From positions 1,169-65,168 of the forward strand of contig MU619271.1 of NCBI GenBank assembly GCA_025201805.1: a DNA stretch of 64,000 nt, written 5' to 3'. Positions 40,189 to 54,067 of the stretch are shown in pieces (the stretch's first letter is position 1; each line of letters opens with the position of its first letter). This DNA is from Parasitella parasitica NRRL 2501. Its lineage: Eukaryota; Fungi; Mucoromycota. Position numbers and translations under genes: made by a program. The notes below the pieces were generated by a model, which was not told the DNA's origin, searched no databases, and worked only from the letters and a program-made list of their open reading frames with translations.

Positions 40189-40824
40189 TACGGTACAATA
40201 TCTCACCTATATCCCAGCCAAAGCCTGTAACATCAACACGGTGGTGGCGTGGTGGTTTTCTATTTCGGCCTCCGCCATTTTTTTTTTTTTTTCCTTTTCG
40301 TTAGATGATCAACGGAGGCCGCATTTTGAATCAATTGACACCTTTTTACAAAAATCTCTAAAAGTTGCTAAAACAATATTCATTTTAAGCATAAATAAAT
40401 TTGTAGAGCGTTAAATTTTGCATCTAATGGCATACATTTCAATTAGTTTTTACCCCAAAAATCTGGAGCAACTTGAGGCTGAAGGAAAATTTGTTTTTCG
40501 ACCGAAAGTCTTTATTTGGTATAGGCAATACCTAAAATGGTAATAATGTACTTCAAAGTTCATGTAAAATGGAATGTTTTTGATTAATGTATACCATAGG
40601 GAAAAACTTTATTTTTGAGGTCAAACTTGACAGATTGTGTTTTCTCCCTATTTTGCCCTGTAGACCCTCATGAAAAATCGCCAAAAATCGATGATATTTC
40701 TTGACCTAATTTTTTTTGTGGAAATACATCAGATAGCAAGAGCGAGTACGGGGAAATTAGATGGTGTGATTTTCAGCGCTCGAATCGGCCAAAAACATGA
40801 GATATTGAGGTATTAAGCACGGTA
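40189..40824. mobile_element. Possible non-autonomous DNA element (MITE-like)
   Basis: Non-coding block bounded by inverted CAATATCTCA (40196-40205) and TGAGATATTG (40798-40807), each with an ACGGTA nearby. Confidence 0.25.
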
Positions 40825-41100
40825 AATTGGTTAATATATGACTGATAAGCTGCCGTATACGGTTGTATGGTAATATTTCGTCTGAGGATATCTTCCCACA
40901 TCTATTTAATACAAGCGTCATCATTTTGTTGAATGCCTACATTACACCCAAACCAGCTGGCTTCCGTATACTGAAGTTGGAGAGTGATTACTTGTGAAGA
41001 AACGCGAGTGAATGGGTTGGGACATCAGTATATATCAAAGATGAATTTATTATTTATGGTACAATCTATTTGAAAGAATATGTATATATGTATAGTATAC

Positions 41101-44100
41101 TTAATAGTATGTGGGGGATGAGGAGGAGAGGGGATGGCTACTAGTATCATGGTCAGGTTGTTGCTGTTGCTGTTGTCGGCCATGAGAAAGATGAGGTGGC
41201 TGCTGGTGTTGCAGTAATGGATCATTAGGACTAGAAGGGGAAGTGGGATCATGATGGCTGCTTTGATGATGCTGATGTAATAAATACGATTGATTGGGTT
41301 GAATATGAGTAATGTGCTGATACGTCAATTCTTCGGTCGAAGGAGTTGTAGGGGGAATAGGTGCAACAAAGTTTTCATTTTGGCTGGCTGGAGCCACAGG
41401 CAACAAGATCAAATTATCAGCATTTGTGGAATCCATGGAGGATTCTCTAGTAATGACATCCAATTTAGGCTGATGCTGTGCTTTGTGGATGCGATTCTTC
41501 ACGGCTGTCATCATTTTTTTGCCGAAACTGTTGGGCATCTTCTTATCGGAGCTGGTGGAGGGCCCACCATCACAGTGGCGAAGGCGGAATCCATTGAGCG
41601 GCATCCAATGTTTGCTAGATAAACTGGCTACTGATAGTCTCGATTGCCTTTTGTCAGACACATTGGGTTGAGAAAGATGACTGGTACCTGTATTGGTACG
41701 ATATACCGATTTTCGGTATTCATCAAACACGTGTGCATCGTCCGAGGAATAGGCAAAGCCCATGAATGATGCTCTTTTGCCAGTCTTCATGTACATGATT
41801 TCACTCTTGTTGGACCCATTGGTGGAGGTTCGGTGCAAGGCAAATCGACTACGCTTCTTCTGCTTCTTTAAGGTGTGCTCGTCATGCAGTGGCTGTTGAT
41901 GATGCTGATGATGCTGTTGCTCAGTTTCTGACCGAGTCCGAATCAGATTAATAGGGAGCTCTTCCTCCTCTTCATCGCGGTACCCTTCCTTTTGCTTCCC
42001 ATTGCGCAGGAAATGGAGGGCAGACGATCCCACTTTTGACGGCTTACAAAAGACAATTTCGCGGATAATGTCATTGTCAAAGGGATAGTAAGCCTGCAGA
42101 TAATATTTGGCAGTGAATCTTGGTAAAAGACAAACGACAAATGTTAAAACCAAACAGAGCCAAAAAGTGCCTTCTCCAAACAAAATCGCTTCACCAAAGA
42201 ATGTGAATGTCATGATATTAGAGTAGATTCCCGTCCAAAGGAAAAACGTGGCGCTGGAAATGAAGATGCACAAGAACATGATCCATGTCCAACTGAAAAT
42301 AGTGAATCCAACCAGAATATTGGCCACCACAACAGCGATACCAGCAATAAAGGTGCCCAGCTCCACGACGCCTTCCAAATCGTAGCCATTTCTGCTAATC
42401 TTGGGCCCAATAAATACCAGGTACGGCAGTCCAAAGCATACAGCCGACTGATAAATAGCGTCCACAACCGTTAAAAAGAACCGCGAGGTGGTGAATTTAT
42501 CGTTCCTAATGCCCATTAGGTACAGCTGAGGGAATTGGAAAGAGTATTCCGCTTTGAGATCTTGATCAAAGACACCTATACGTGGCTGTTTAGTTTGTGC
42601 GTAAGAAAACTGCTTGTATGTTTATGTTACCAGCAAAGATACAAGGCAGAGAAGTAAACACCAGATTATACAAGGTGATGTAAGAGTAATCAAACATCAG
42701 AGTGCCAGTGAAACTACACATCAGTTGAAACCAAAAGAGAACCAAGGTCCACATGATGTTTTTATAGAAAAAAGTCAAGATCATCTCTGAGGTGCGTAGA
42801 TACGACCATCTACCGTGCACCAGCAGCAGTTTACTCAAATAGCTAAACTGGGCAATGGCATAGTCCGAGGCCATTACAGCCTGTCTGCCTTCTTCGCCAG
42901 AGATGCCTACGCCGACATTTGCCTCTTGGATCATGGACACATCGTTGGCACCATCACCAATAGCCAGTGTCATGACCTTGAGCCCCTTTTTAACAAGGTT
43001 GACTACCTTGGCCTTTTGCATTGGACTCACCCGGCAACAAATTACAGCCCGGCATTGGGTGCCCAGTTCTAACAATTCCTGCTTACATTGAGCTTCCAGT
43101 GCATATTTGAGTGATTCGCCGTCAATAACAAGAGCGCATTTCTGCGTCTTTGATTTTTCTTCTACTTGCTCAATTGACCTTCTTAGCTGCTCCATGGTCT
43201 CTTCTTCATTGTGAGCATTGACGCTGATCAGCAGCATGTCTTTTGTCAGTAAATTGCATGCAAATCCAATATTGATGGCTGTCTCTACTTTGTCGCCGGT
43301 CAGAACCCAAATCTTGATGCCAGCTTCAGCTAGTACTGCAATAGTATCAGGCACGCCTTCTTGCAGCTTGTCTTCGATGGCTGTTCCTCCGATGAGGGTC
43401 AGGGAGTTTTCGATTTCTTCACAGACGGTTTCAATCTGTTCTTCACGGTTGCTGATGCTGTTGGATGCTATTTTATAGCGAGCTGCCCATGCTTGGTATT
43501 CGTCCTCATCAATAAATCGACTGGCAATACAAAGCGTACGAAGGCCTAGATAAAACAGTTTTGGTATTTGCTGCAATACAAGAAATACAGCATATGATAG
43601 ATAACGTACCTTCGTTGGCAAATGTGCTTAGATGTTGCAAAGTTTCCTCTCTCACTTTCAGCTGATCTTGACTTGCTTCATCGTCAACCTTGTTTTCCAA
43701 ACCAGTTGTAAGTCTCTCATATATGACAGAATCAGCGCCTTTACACAGCAATACAATCTTGCCGTCCTGTGGAGACCTCATAATGACACTCATGCGTTTT
43801 CTTGTTGAATTGAACTCCAATACATGCAGTAAATGCATGCTACGCTGCTCGCCCATAATATCCACAATCACATTGTCTTGGTCTCTAGCTACAAAGGTGA
43901 AGCCCATGTCTCTAGCCGTTGCTACAAGTGCAGCCTCATCTGGGGACTGTGCCTTGTAGTCGATGATGTTGGGAAGATCTTGGTTGGGCACTTCGGGTAT
44001 AACGGTATGACATAAAGCCAAAGCGGAAAAGAAATGAACTATGCTCTGTGAATGATCATCTTGAGCATTGATATCGTCAAACAACTGAGGGTCTACAAAG

Positions 44101-46450
44101 GTGGATTTGGGGTTCATGTATTTGTGATTGAACAGACTGCTCTGCTTTTGCAGCATTTCGGCACGGGCTTTGTCCAGGTCGATTTGTTGCAAAATTTTGG
44201 CAGAGTCCACAGCTGCATCGTCGTCTTTCAATCGAGCACCTGCTGCCGCTTCTGTGTCTCCCAAACCGTAGCACACACCGTTGATTGTGCATCGCCTGAA
44301 TTCCATGATATTCTGTGTTAATGTGCCCGTTTTATCGGAAAAGATGTATTCGATTTGTCCGAGATCGTCAGAGATGTTCCATGTCTTGGGCGTGCATGGC
44401 TGATCCAGTCTTTTATTGTACATGTCAATATCAGTGTGAATGAAATAGGCCTACAGCAAAGTGTGGGTCAGTCAATGTCTGGTAGTTTTTGCGTGTACAC
44501 ATACTGCTGCCGTTTTGACAATCTGGACGGATATATAGAGTGAGATGGGTATGATATTTTGATAGATAACCAAGGACGTCCTGCAACACGAAAATGAGTA
44601 TTTGTCTACCATCAACCAAAAAATGCACGCTTTACCAGAACATCAGAAAACCTGCCATGGTGCCACTTTCTGCATCCTGGCTTTCAAAATAAGTCGCTGA
44701 TGTATCGTTGTTATACACGATGCTTGCCGCAATGGAACAAATCAGGCATAAAACTAGCAGTAATACAAAATTCGTAATAACCTGGATCAAAAATATGTGA
44801 GTCAAACTTAGAAAGGCCAACAGTAGCCGGTATACTTGCATATGGATTGGTGGCCTTTTCCATTTTACTGCGTTTGCTTGGTGTCTTGCCTGAATTAAGC
44901 ATAATCTTTGTTTCATTACCAGTAAATAACACTAAGCCAATGACCCAGCCTGTGTTTCTGAGTACACAGCCACGCAAGAGCATAGAACTACCAGTGATCG
45001 CCTCAGTTTTTTCGTGGGATACTTGCTCTTCGTCGGTGCCATCGCTGCTGATTGTATGGAAATCATCAATGTCTTCATCATCCGTGTCGTCGCTGCTGAT
45101 TGTATAGAGATCATCATCAATATTACCATGGCGCCCAGACTCGCTGATAGGTTCGAGATCTACAGCAGTTGCCTCGGAAGCTTCGCTGGCCAGGGCAAAG
45201 CCTTCATCGCCATCAGCATTGGCACTTTTCATCCGTCTCCTAGTCGTTTCGGTTCGCATAAGGTCATTGCTCTTGACTTTCCATTTGAGCACGCCATTGT
45301 AAGAGTAAAGATTAGCATGCGGGGGCTCACTCTCGATGTAAAATTTACTGCGTTCGCACTCTTCAGGTGTGCTGATTTCGTTGGTGGCTTGCAATGAGCG
45401 CTTGATCTTGAGGTTTGTCTCGCCATCCAAATTTTGCGTCTCTACGTAGCAAAGCCCATCAGGCTCTGAGCTGGAAAGCACAACGATATCCGCAGGAATA
45501 GCATCGTCATTTCGAAGTACTACAAAGTCGCCTACTTTGACATCCTCCCACAAAGTTTTGCGCCACCGCTTGTCCAGAGGCTTGCGAGCTGAAGATACTG
45601 ACCTTATCGGCTTCTGTTCAGAATCTGATCCGGATGTCAACAACCTATTTGATCTAAGGACAGAGTGTGGCACTTGTCCAGGTCGGTACGGCACACGGCT
45701 TTTTCTTTTGGATGTCAACATCTTTGTGAATGAAGCGGTCGATCGGAACGTCTTTTTGAATGTCGATGCAACGGAGGGTGATGTTGGAGGATGAGAATGA
45801 GGATCTGATGTGTTGTCGTCATGGTAACTGGCTACGCTGTAGCTTGTATTGACACGGCCAAGTGCACCATGTCTTGCCGTTAGTTCAAACTGCTGATTCT
45901 CCTTTGGAGTGCGAAAGATGAGAAAGTTTAGGGAATTCAGCCATCGTTTCCAACGAGGCACTTGATGAGCAGCAATATTGATGTTTTTCCATGCTGACAG
46001 GGTATATGTGATGGCTTTATTGACACCCTGATCTGTTTTGTGTCGTCTGTTGTCCTCCACTGCGTCTTTGGCGCCCGTTAAAACCAAAATTGCAGCCAGT
46101 GGTAAAACCACAAGCACTGGTGAGGCTGAAGTGCTAAATAAAGGAAACATCTGAAGGATCACCAGGAACAAAAAGTATAGGTTAGCTATACCTCTGAACT
46201 GTTCAAACAGGTTCTTTGGCAAAAACGTAAACCAAGTGTATTTTGCTGTTCTTATTTTATTCGAAATGTATGTCTTTGTAGGCTGACCGTAATCGTCTAA
46301 TTCTTCGCTAGGAATATCCATATTTACATAAATGGTGCGTCTTTCGGTTGACGCAACAGGGAACGCACTCTTTTGCTGCTTTTTCCGCTCTCGATCCGCC
46401 AAGAACCGATTCTTTTTTCTTTGTATGAATCTTTGAGAGAAATTCGACAT
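41101..46450 (-). CDS. P4-type ATPase phospholipid flippase (Dnf1/Dnf2-like), multi-exon
   Basis: NKIRTAKYT..FLPKNLFEQF, ETQNLDGETNLK, SDKTGTLTQN phosphorylation motif, QSPDEAALV, VLTGDKVETA, IGDGANDVSMIQ, LLVHGRWSY. Confidence 0.96.
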
Positions 46451-47674
46451 TTGATGTAAGGTATTGAAAGAGAGAGAAAGAAGCTCGTTTTGTTATTTTT
46501 GATGCTAATTGTATATAAATTGGCCTTGTGTTTCGTATCATCATATTTATATTGCGGATATTGTAAAGTAGGCGAAATTGCAAAAATGTGGAGATGATTC
46601 GGTGACCTGAGGAGTCAAATTTTATGACGATAAAAAGGGGATATTCTATTCGGGTAACTCTCAACATCTAAAAATGGGCTTTCGTCTTATGGTCTATTTA
46701 TTCTTTTGGGCTGCACATTTTCCTGCCTTCTCGTATTCTTCTTCCATGTATAGAATGCCTATTGTATTTAATCCGGCCACTATCTACAAAGTCATTCATG
46801 ACCATTCTATTTTAGCTTCGGAAGCACATCCAATATCGGGGTTAGCTAGTGTTCAACAGATATAAATTGCTTTGGCTGTTTTAGACAAGAAATTTCTATG
46901 TTCCACGTGTTTGTAAATTTTGTTCAAACGCCAAGGATGTACCGTAAAATGTAAAATTTGCTCGGATGCTTGATTCTCCCGCTTATCCGTCTAGCAATGG
47001 TTCTATATCCCGTATAACCTTGTGAGAAAGATGATAAGCACAGCAAATATTTCATTTCATGGATTTTAAAAAAAAGGAATACGAGGTATTAGCACCCAAG
47101 ATAAGCTTTCTCAACAAGAAATGCTGCGCCAATCAAGATTACATTTTCAAATGCTTATATCCTGCTTCCATTGATACCAGCAAATGGTATCGTTACCACA
47201 GCAGAACATGTATAGTCTAAAAATAGTGTGGCTGGAAATGTTTGTATGTACATTCTATTCATGCAATATGAATAAAAAGACGAGTACAAAACGTAAACAA
47301 AGAGGATAAACCAAGGATTTGCGTTGAAGCGCCGCACTGCTTCAGGTTAAGATTATACATCAAACGCCAGAGCAGCCTAATAACCGTTATGGTATTACTT
47401 GCGATCTGGTAGCCTCATCCAGAAACTTGAGACCATAGGAGCTAAGAAAAAAATTATGGTTTGTCTAGCCATACATATCTTTTACCATTTCGTCTCCAAA
47501 TGCCCATTCATTAGGATGGAAAAAATTACTTGATCAACTAAAATAGGCAATTGTGTGATTCAAAGATGATGGTGGGTGGACGATTTAGAAAATTCAAATG
47601 AGCTAGACCAACAAAGCAACATTTGAATAATGCAGCAAAACTTTGTACAGCATATTTAAATGTATGATTTTTCT

Positions 47675-47676
<2 letters not shown>

Positions 47677-47709
<33 letters not shown>

Positions 47710-49620
47710 TTTTTTTTTTTTTTTTTTTTTTTTGATTTTGAGGGACACAACGAATAGGCGGATTATCTATTTTATGATAATGTGTTTGTAGAGAGCAGTT
47801 TTATCAGTGTTACAAACTGTCCTGGACAAAAAGTGCTCCATTGAGGCGGGGAAGGGCAGTGCCGGATTTTGGTTAGGGTGAGGCCAACACAGATTCCCCA
47901 TTCGCCAGACGGTGATAGATATAACAGCGATGTATTTCGAGCGATCTTTAATAAAACAAGGAAGCTGTGTATAAACGCACGGTGCCATAAATAATTTCTG
48001 AAGTCAAAGGATAGTTGGAGTAGTATTGAGAGAGAACGGATAGCCATAGCTGCATTTAACCGGACAGTCAACGAGAAAACGCCTCAGTGTATGTCCTTGA
48101 TACTGCCTGAAATCCAAGGCCGCATACCATGATGTCTGTTTCTATCCTGAGCAGCACCAGCACCCCTTCAGTTCTAAAGCATTCTCAGCTGCTGCAGCGC
48201 CAATCCCATTAGTAGGAAGCCTAGCTTCACCTTAGGCCGCAACAGCGTCCTCAACACCACCAGTTCCTGTTGTAAATTTGTAACATAGAGTCAATCCTGA
48301 GTAGCAATATGCGGAGAGCAGCTTATGGAGTCTTGGATTTCAATAATCGATTCTGTTTGCGTTCCAAATGCTTGGTGCTCATCCTGCACCAATTTACATG
48401 TTTCACACCAAACTTTTGGACAGTCTTTCGAGTTGCCTATTTGATGCTTTCCCATTGATCCTGCGGGGTCATAGTAACGTTCATTGTATCCATTGCTGCG
48501 TTGATAATCTCTTCCAATTGTTTTCGAAACGTTGGGTTGCCCTTCCAGAGTCCCTCGCCTAATTTGGATTTGCCAATGTTGAAATTGACTTCAAGGATGG
48601 CATGGTCCGACCAAGAGGGAAGGATATGTCCCATGTTCGCATCGCTAAGCAAATGCTGTAGTGTATATCCAGCATATATGAAATCGATAGTTGATAAAGG
48701 CATGTGGATAAGTTGGCACCGATTACATGTCATTAAGGATCAAGCAGTTGTGGAAGTGCTGATCTAAATAACCCAACCAATGCAACAATGTCTTCACAAT
48801 TCTAGAGGCCTTGGTTGTGGGGTAACTTGGCAGATGTCGTATCATTGGACTTGATACCTTTGCTGTTGTTTCTGCTGTTGCTGATGTTGCCCTTTGGGTT
48901 GTTGCTTACCAGCACCAGAGTCCTTCTAGTGTTTCTGGGTGCTCGATAGACTTGGGGAATTGCTGGATGATTGCATAGCCGGAGCCAGCCATGGACTGTT
49001 CATAATTAAGACCGATGACCAGAATGTTGTCGAAAACACCAATGGCATTGGATAGTTCTTGTAACAGTTGTGATTGAGGGAGGGAGGGGACATCCGTGAG
49101 AGCGATTTGGATTAATTTACCTTCTCCATCGACAGCTTTGCAAGCGAAAAGTTGAATATTGGAGGTCTTGGATTCATACATTACACCTTCGATGAGGATG
49201 CGGCTGACAATATCTTTGGTGATGCATCATTGAGTGCTCTTGCCCAAAAACTTGATATTAAGGAAGCTGAATACCTTGTATTATTGATCAAGGATTTGCA
49301 AATGTTGTTGTCCAGTTGCGTTAGCGGTCTTGGAAGTGTTAAGAAAGTATCCATCGTTGATACGAGCATTTCGTCAAATGCGAGTCTTAATTTAACGGCT
49401 GGTTGAAGCGGTTGCAGTTTCGGTAGGCGTACCAGTGCCTTCGGTGGCAATCTCTCCATGCATTAGAGAGTGTGATGTTGTGGTAATACGAAATCTAACT
49501 GCGGCAGCATAACTCATTTGACCAGGTACTGGTGTATTAATTGGTTTCTGTTTTTTTTTTTTGCTAGGAAGAACCATGTTAAATGTATGGTTAAAATATT
49601 GCCAAGCACTGGCCATTTGC
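47677..49620 (-). mobile_element. Internally deleted L1/Tx1-like LINE remnant with 3' poly(A) tail
   Basis: ORF1-like fragments (SYAAAV...; LTDVPSLP..LLQEL...GSGYAI) and the end of an EEP endonuclease (STIDFIY...SDHAIL...GEGLWKGN...WESIK). A T-tract at 47677-47733 forms a poly(A) at the 3' end on the minus strand. Confidence 0.8.
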
Positions 49621-50082
49621 AGATGCGATGAAATGGTTGCATTTTTTCAGGGGTAACGCCATTCTCGGACATCAGTATTTACCCGGGTTTCGCCAAAAAT
49701 TAATCGCATTGTGCTGTTCTCTCACAATACAAAAGCAATGAGCTTTTAACATGCATTATTAATTGCCAACTGTATTTGCCTCCTGCAATCTATTTGCTCC
49801 TCTCTATCTTGCGCAGCGATAAAGATGCCAGTCGGTGAGATATGAATAGAAATGAACGAATATTTATTAATGTTACAGATGCGTGATATTACAGGATTGT
49901 GATGGAGTATATGTAATGAGATATATATATGCATGTGTATATTTATATGTTTGTGGATAGTATAGGGAGTAGCAAAATGTAATCAATCAGAGCAAGAAAA
50001 AGGGACTTGTGCCACCAAAAAAAAAAAAAGTGAATACAAGATGGGTAAATAACGGTAAAGGAAGAATATACTGTCGATCAAG

Positions 50083-50820
50083 TTAGTAAATGCATTCACA
50101 CGTCTCTGGTAAAACCAGCAATTGGCGCAACTGGTTGCGACTATATTCCCAACTTTGCTCGATCTCCTCGTCTACTTCCTCCAACGTAGAGCCTAGAATT
50201 TGATAAACCTGAAAAGCTAATGAAGACTGATTCAGCTGCTTATGGGGTGGAGGTGTAGGTGGTGCTGGTGCATGATAAGGAAGTGACATCATATTACTTT
50301 TGATTGAAGTAGGTTGCCAAAAGGACGGATCTATGATGCTTTTGCTGTTAGGATGGCAAAATGTATTTGCAGTTCCCTCTGCGGGAGACGCGGGCATGTG
50401 ATCCGAAGCCTCTGAAGATGAGCTAAGCGTAACACTGGAGTTATTATTGCCGAGAGATTGCAGCAATGTAGGTGTGCCGTCGTCCGACTGCTCAGCAATT
50501 GAGGCAAATGACACGGTAGAAAACCTCTTGCTTTGGTGCAAACTAGTATGACTGAGGTTGCTATTTCCACTAAAGGTTTCTTTTAATGTCGTTACAACGG
50601 GTGATGGTGAGCGGAAAAACAAGGATAACTTTTGACGTATGCGAGACGGTGAAGCGATAGATGAGGTCGATTGCTGTGTGTCTACACCAGTAATGATTTT
50701 CAATGATTGCCTCTTCTTTTTGGTAGTAGTGTTATCATTAACCATGACTCGATCTCTATCCAAATTGAAGCTTTTTCGAAATGGACTCATGCTGCTTTTA
50801 CTTGAAAAGGCGCTAATCAT
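50083..50820 (-). CDS. Hypothetical Ser-rich protein with a C-terminal helical motif
   Basis: 245-aa single-exon ATG ORF. Low-complexity body, then SLAFQVYQILGSTLEEVDEEIEQSWEYSRNQL. No family recognised. Confidence 0.6.
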   Translation of the reverse strand: MISAFSSKSSMSPFRKSFNLDRDRVMVNDNTTTKKKRQSLKIITGVDTQQSTSSIASPSRIRQKLSLFFRSPSPVVTTLKETFSGNSNLSHTSLHQSKRFSTVSFASIAEQSDDGTPTLLQSLGNNNSSVTLSSSSEASDHMPASPAEGTANTFCHPNSKSIIDPSFWQPTSIKSNMMSLPYHAPAPPTPPPHKQLNQSSLAFQVYQILGSTLEEVDEEIEQSWEYSRNQLRQLLVLPETCECIY

Positions 50821-52149
50821 GCTTGTACAATATATATGAAATATTTATGTAAATATAGAGAGAAAGAGGAGAAAAAGCAAATAATCATTCTAATGGTTTT
50901 ATAGTAAAGCTCACTAAAGTTCATACTTTACGTGCATTGGTTTACATATCGGGAAAATGTCACCTTACCGTACAGCTTCTATTTATTCGTTCCGTACCTT
51001 ATATAGTCCTGCTGTGTAGCCATCTGGTCATTACCTTTACAAATGCTTAAGTACGTCATTATCTAATCAACCTTTGATATACAAACATTTAGCTTACAAA
51101 AAATATTAGGTGAGAAAGGGGTAGCACTATTCGCAACATAAACAAAGACTGCCATAACCATAAAGCATTGGAAAGGAGCATGGTATGAAATCTGTGGAAA
51201 GAGAAAAGGATGATGTGTCAGCAGTTTATAAGAATGCGTATAGTAAAAATATTCTCATGCTGTGTTCACTTTTTTATTTCAGGATAAAATATTGTTGTTG
51301 GTTTGATTAAGTGTTTGCTGATCGTAATGAATAATTAAGCTATACAGCGTATGTAATTAACAGCTCATAAGCTGGCTCTTTAGAGAAAAATCAATTTATT
51401 CATCTATACGTGTGGTAGTTGCCATGAATAAACCTATTGCTTTATTAGTCACTATCTTATAATTCTGATGGTGCTTAATGATTAAATAGCATTGATGGAT
51501 TCCACATGTACACCTTAAATGCATTTTTATTTGTATACATATACACATGAATGCACAAGTATTAATTTTTTGCTTTTATGTATGTAGGAGGGAATTTAGC
51601 TTGGATGTGTAGTTTCAAAACAAACCCGAGTGTACCTAATAGCAGTACCAAATCTTAGGCTTGGCTACTTGATAAAATAGCCATATTTTTTAAAGGAGGT
51701 TAATTCTATTCCATCGCCTATAATGTACTGTCAATCTGATTTGGTTTTACTCCTGCGTACACCGTATACTCTAATGAACTTAATTTATCTGATAGCAACA
51801 CGTTCAAAACAAGATAAACCGGTGCAATTATTCTAACAACATGGAGGATCAATACATTATACATTTAGCTGCAAAGTGCATAATTTATTTCGTTTTTGTG
51901 TGCTCCATGTGCAAATTGACCAAGACCTTAGTAAAACTTTATCTTTCTAATTCTGACTGGCATCACATATGACATTTTATATGTGGAGTTACGAAAGTAT
52001 GCAAATACTCATTTTCGATTCTGATTAATATCTCAAAAGATTTTGATAATAGTATATCCCAGCAGTGTGCCAATGCAAATATCATCATATTTTTTTTTAC
52101 CTTTATACCGCGACTAAATTAACAATGGTCTCTGTCATGAAATGCATGC

Positions 52150-52870
52150 AACAAAAAAATAAATCTACACACATGTGCCAAGGTGATTGAAGGTTAATAA
52201 TGATTCGCCAACTTCTACTTGGAAAGTAAAACGTCAATAAATGATTCCTTGTCATTATTTACAGTTGATTTATCTATCCAGTAATTGCTTAATCTCAAGC
52301 CTTCCTGACACAAGACATATTGTTGTGAATATGAATGAACTTCAAATTATTCAGGAACATTCTACAAAGATGGCAATCATATCAATTGGAATCATGACCC
52401 CCAGAGGGACAGATCCAACTGTCACCTTTGTTGCTTATACGGTATCGTAATACTGCAAGTAAGCTAATCTGAAACTTTCGCCTTTTACGAACGCTATGTT
52501 ACCTTTGGTACCCAGTTCGACTTTCTTTAATGCGGCCGCAATAGAAAAATAAGAGTGCTCTAACTTCTTGAACGAAAAGATCTCTCATACATGTCAAGGC
52601 CGTTGAAACTATTAAGCTGGGCCAGAGAAACCAACAGCAACAATACAACAAACGTACAAGCTAGAAGCTCACTGTCTACAAGGAAAACGTCTTGATTCTG
52701 AAGAAGAACCCAGGAAAGATAGATATGTTCCCAAAAGAACGGTGGCTAGGCCCTTGGACAATCCAAAGGTTTCTTTGCCACCAACTTTTGTGATCTGCAA
52801 CCTTACGACAGCTACTGTTGTGCCTCTAATATTAAACCCACCGCATACCTAGTACAATAAGGGCAATCGA
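52150..52870 (+). mobile_element. Degenerate LTR-retrotransposon (Gypsy-like) integrase C-terminal remnant
   Basis: Fragments PTVTFVAYTVS*...LKLSPF (FAYNT..SPF-like) and VLILKKNPGK..PKERWLGPWTI (GPY/F-like). Confidence 0.4.
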
Positions 52871-54067
52871 TAGCGTTTGCTACGTTATTAAATTACTATA
52901 CGAATCCAAAAAATACGAAACACACAAAAGATTAAGTAACCATGTCCAAAAAAAATAGCAACAACAACTTTAACATTCGTTAATTCTATTTTTATTTTAT
53001 CTTGTCGCAAACCTTGCTTCCACGTAGTCAATTGTAAACAATTCATATTTATAATTTAGCTGACATTCATAATCATTTTATCCTCGAAAAATCAAGAATA
53101 AAAAGATTGTTTTTAGACGATATTTTTATTATCTTCATCATCAAGAAAATAAATAACAGCTTTAATTATTTTTTGTATTTTTTTTTTACTAATAATTTCA
53201 TACCCGTGTTGAAATATATACAGTAATATCAATAACTTGGCAACGTCTCACATCAGAGTGTCAGGTCAATCCCAGGGCCTCAGGGTACATCATATAAAAT
53301 CATGAGTTATATTATAAACTTAACCAGTATAAAACTCTAGTGTAATGAATGTGTATAAATACATAGAGATATTACGAATAAAGGTCTAATTCTTTGGCAG
53401 ATTTAATTTATCAGACTAGCGACTTTTGAAAACGTAGAATATATTCCATCATGATCTGATAGTTTACTCATCAGATGTGAGCTCCTAATGATATAAAATT
53501 TGATTTTAACACGTATAACTAAAAAAAATAAGACTCGAATGTCACGTATTGACTCTCTGATCAATGCTCTATTCATGAGAACTGATGTACGACGATTCAA
53601 ATTTTATAAATACTAAGATGTCTTTCTCTAGATAAAACATCAGTGCTCTTTTATAATAAAGACCCCCAAAATTGATTATGATTGTAATTTTACAACGCTT
53701 TTGTTTCTATATTTTTTTTATGTTCGTAAATCTTTCAAATTTACTGCATTTGGGATAAAAATATGGTGCAGGTGAAATTAGATAATGATCTTTGGAATAT
53801 TCATATACGCCCGGTATTGGATCCTATGTGTCTTGGCATTTCTTATTTGTGTATAGTTTGTGGTGGTTAGCGCTATTGCTACTTTTGACAGTGAGATTCT
53901 ACAATTGTTTTTAAATACAACTTTATGTCTTGGTAATACGACTCATAAGTCAAGCAACACGTATTTAGTTTGGAATTTGCAACTGGAGTAAGCCGGTAAT
54001 AGTAACCGCGGATAGTGATACGTAAAATTAGGTATTTTGGATTTATTTCATTTAAAACGAAAATATT

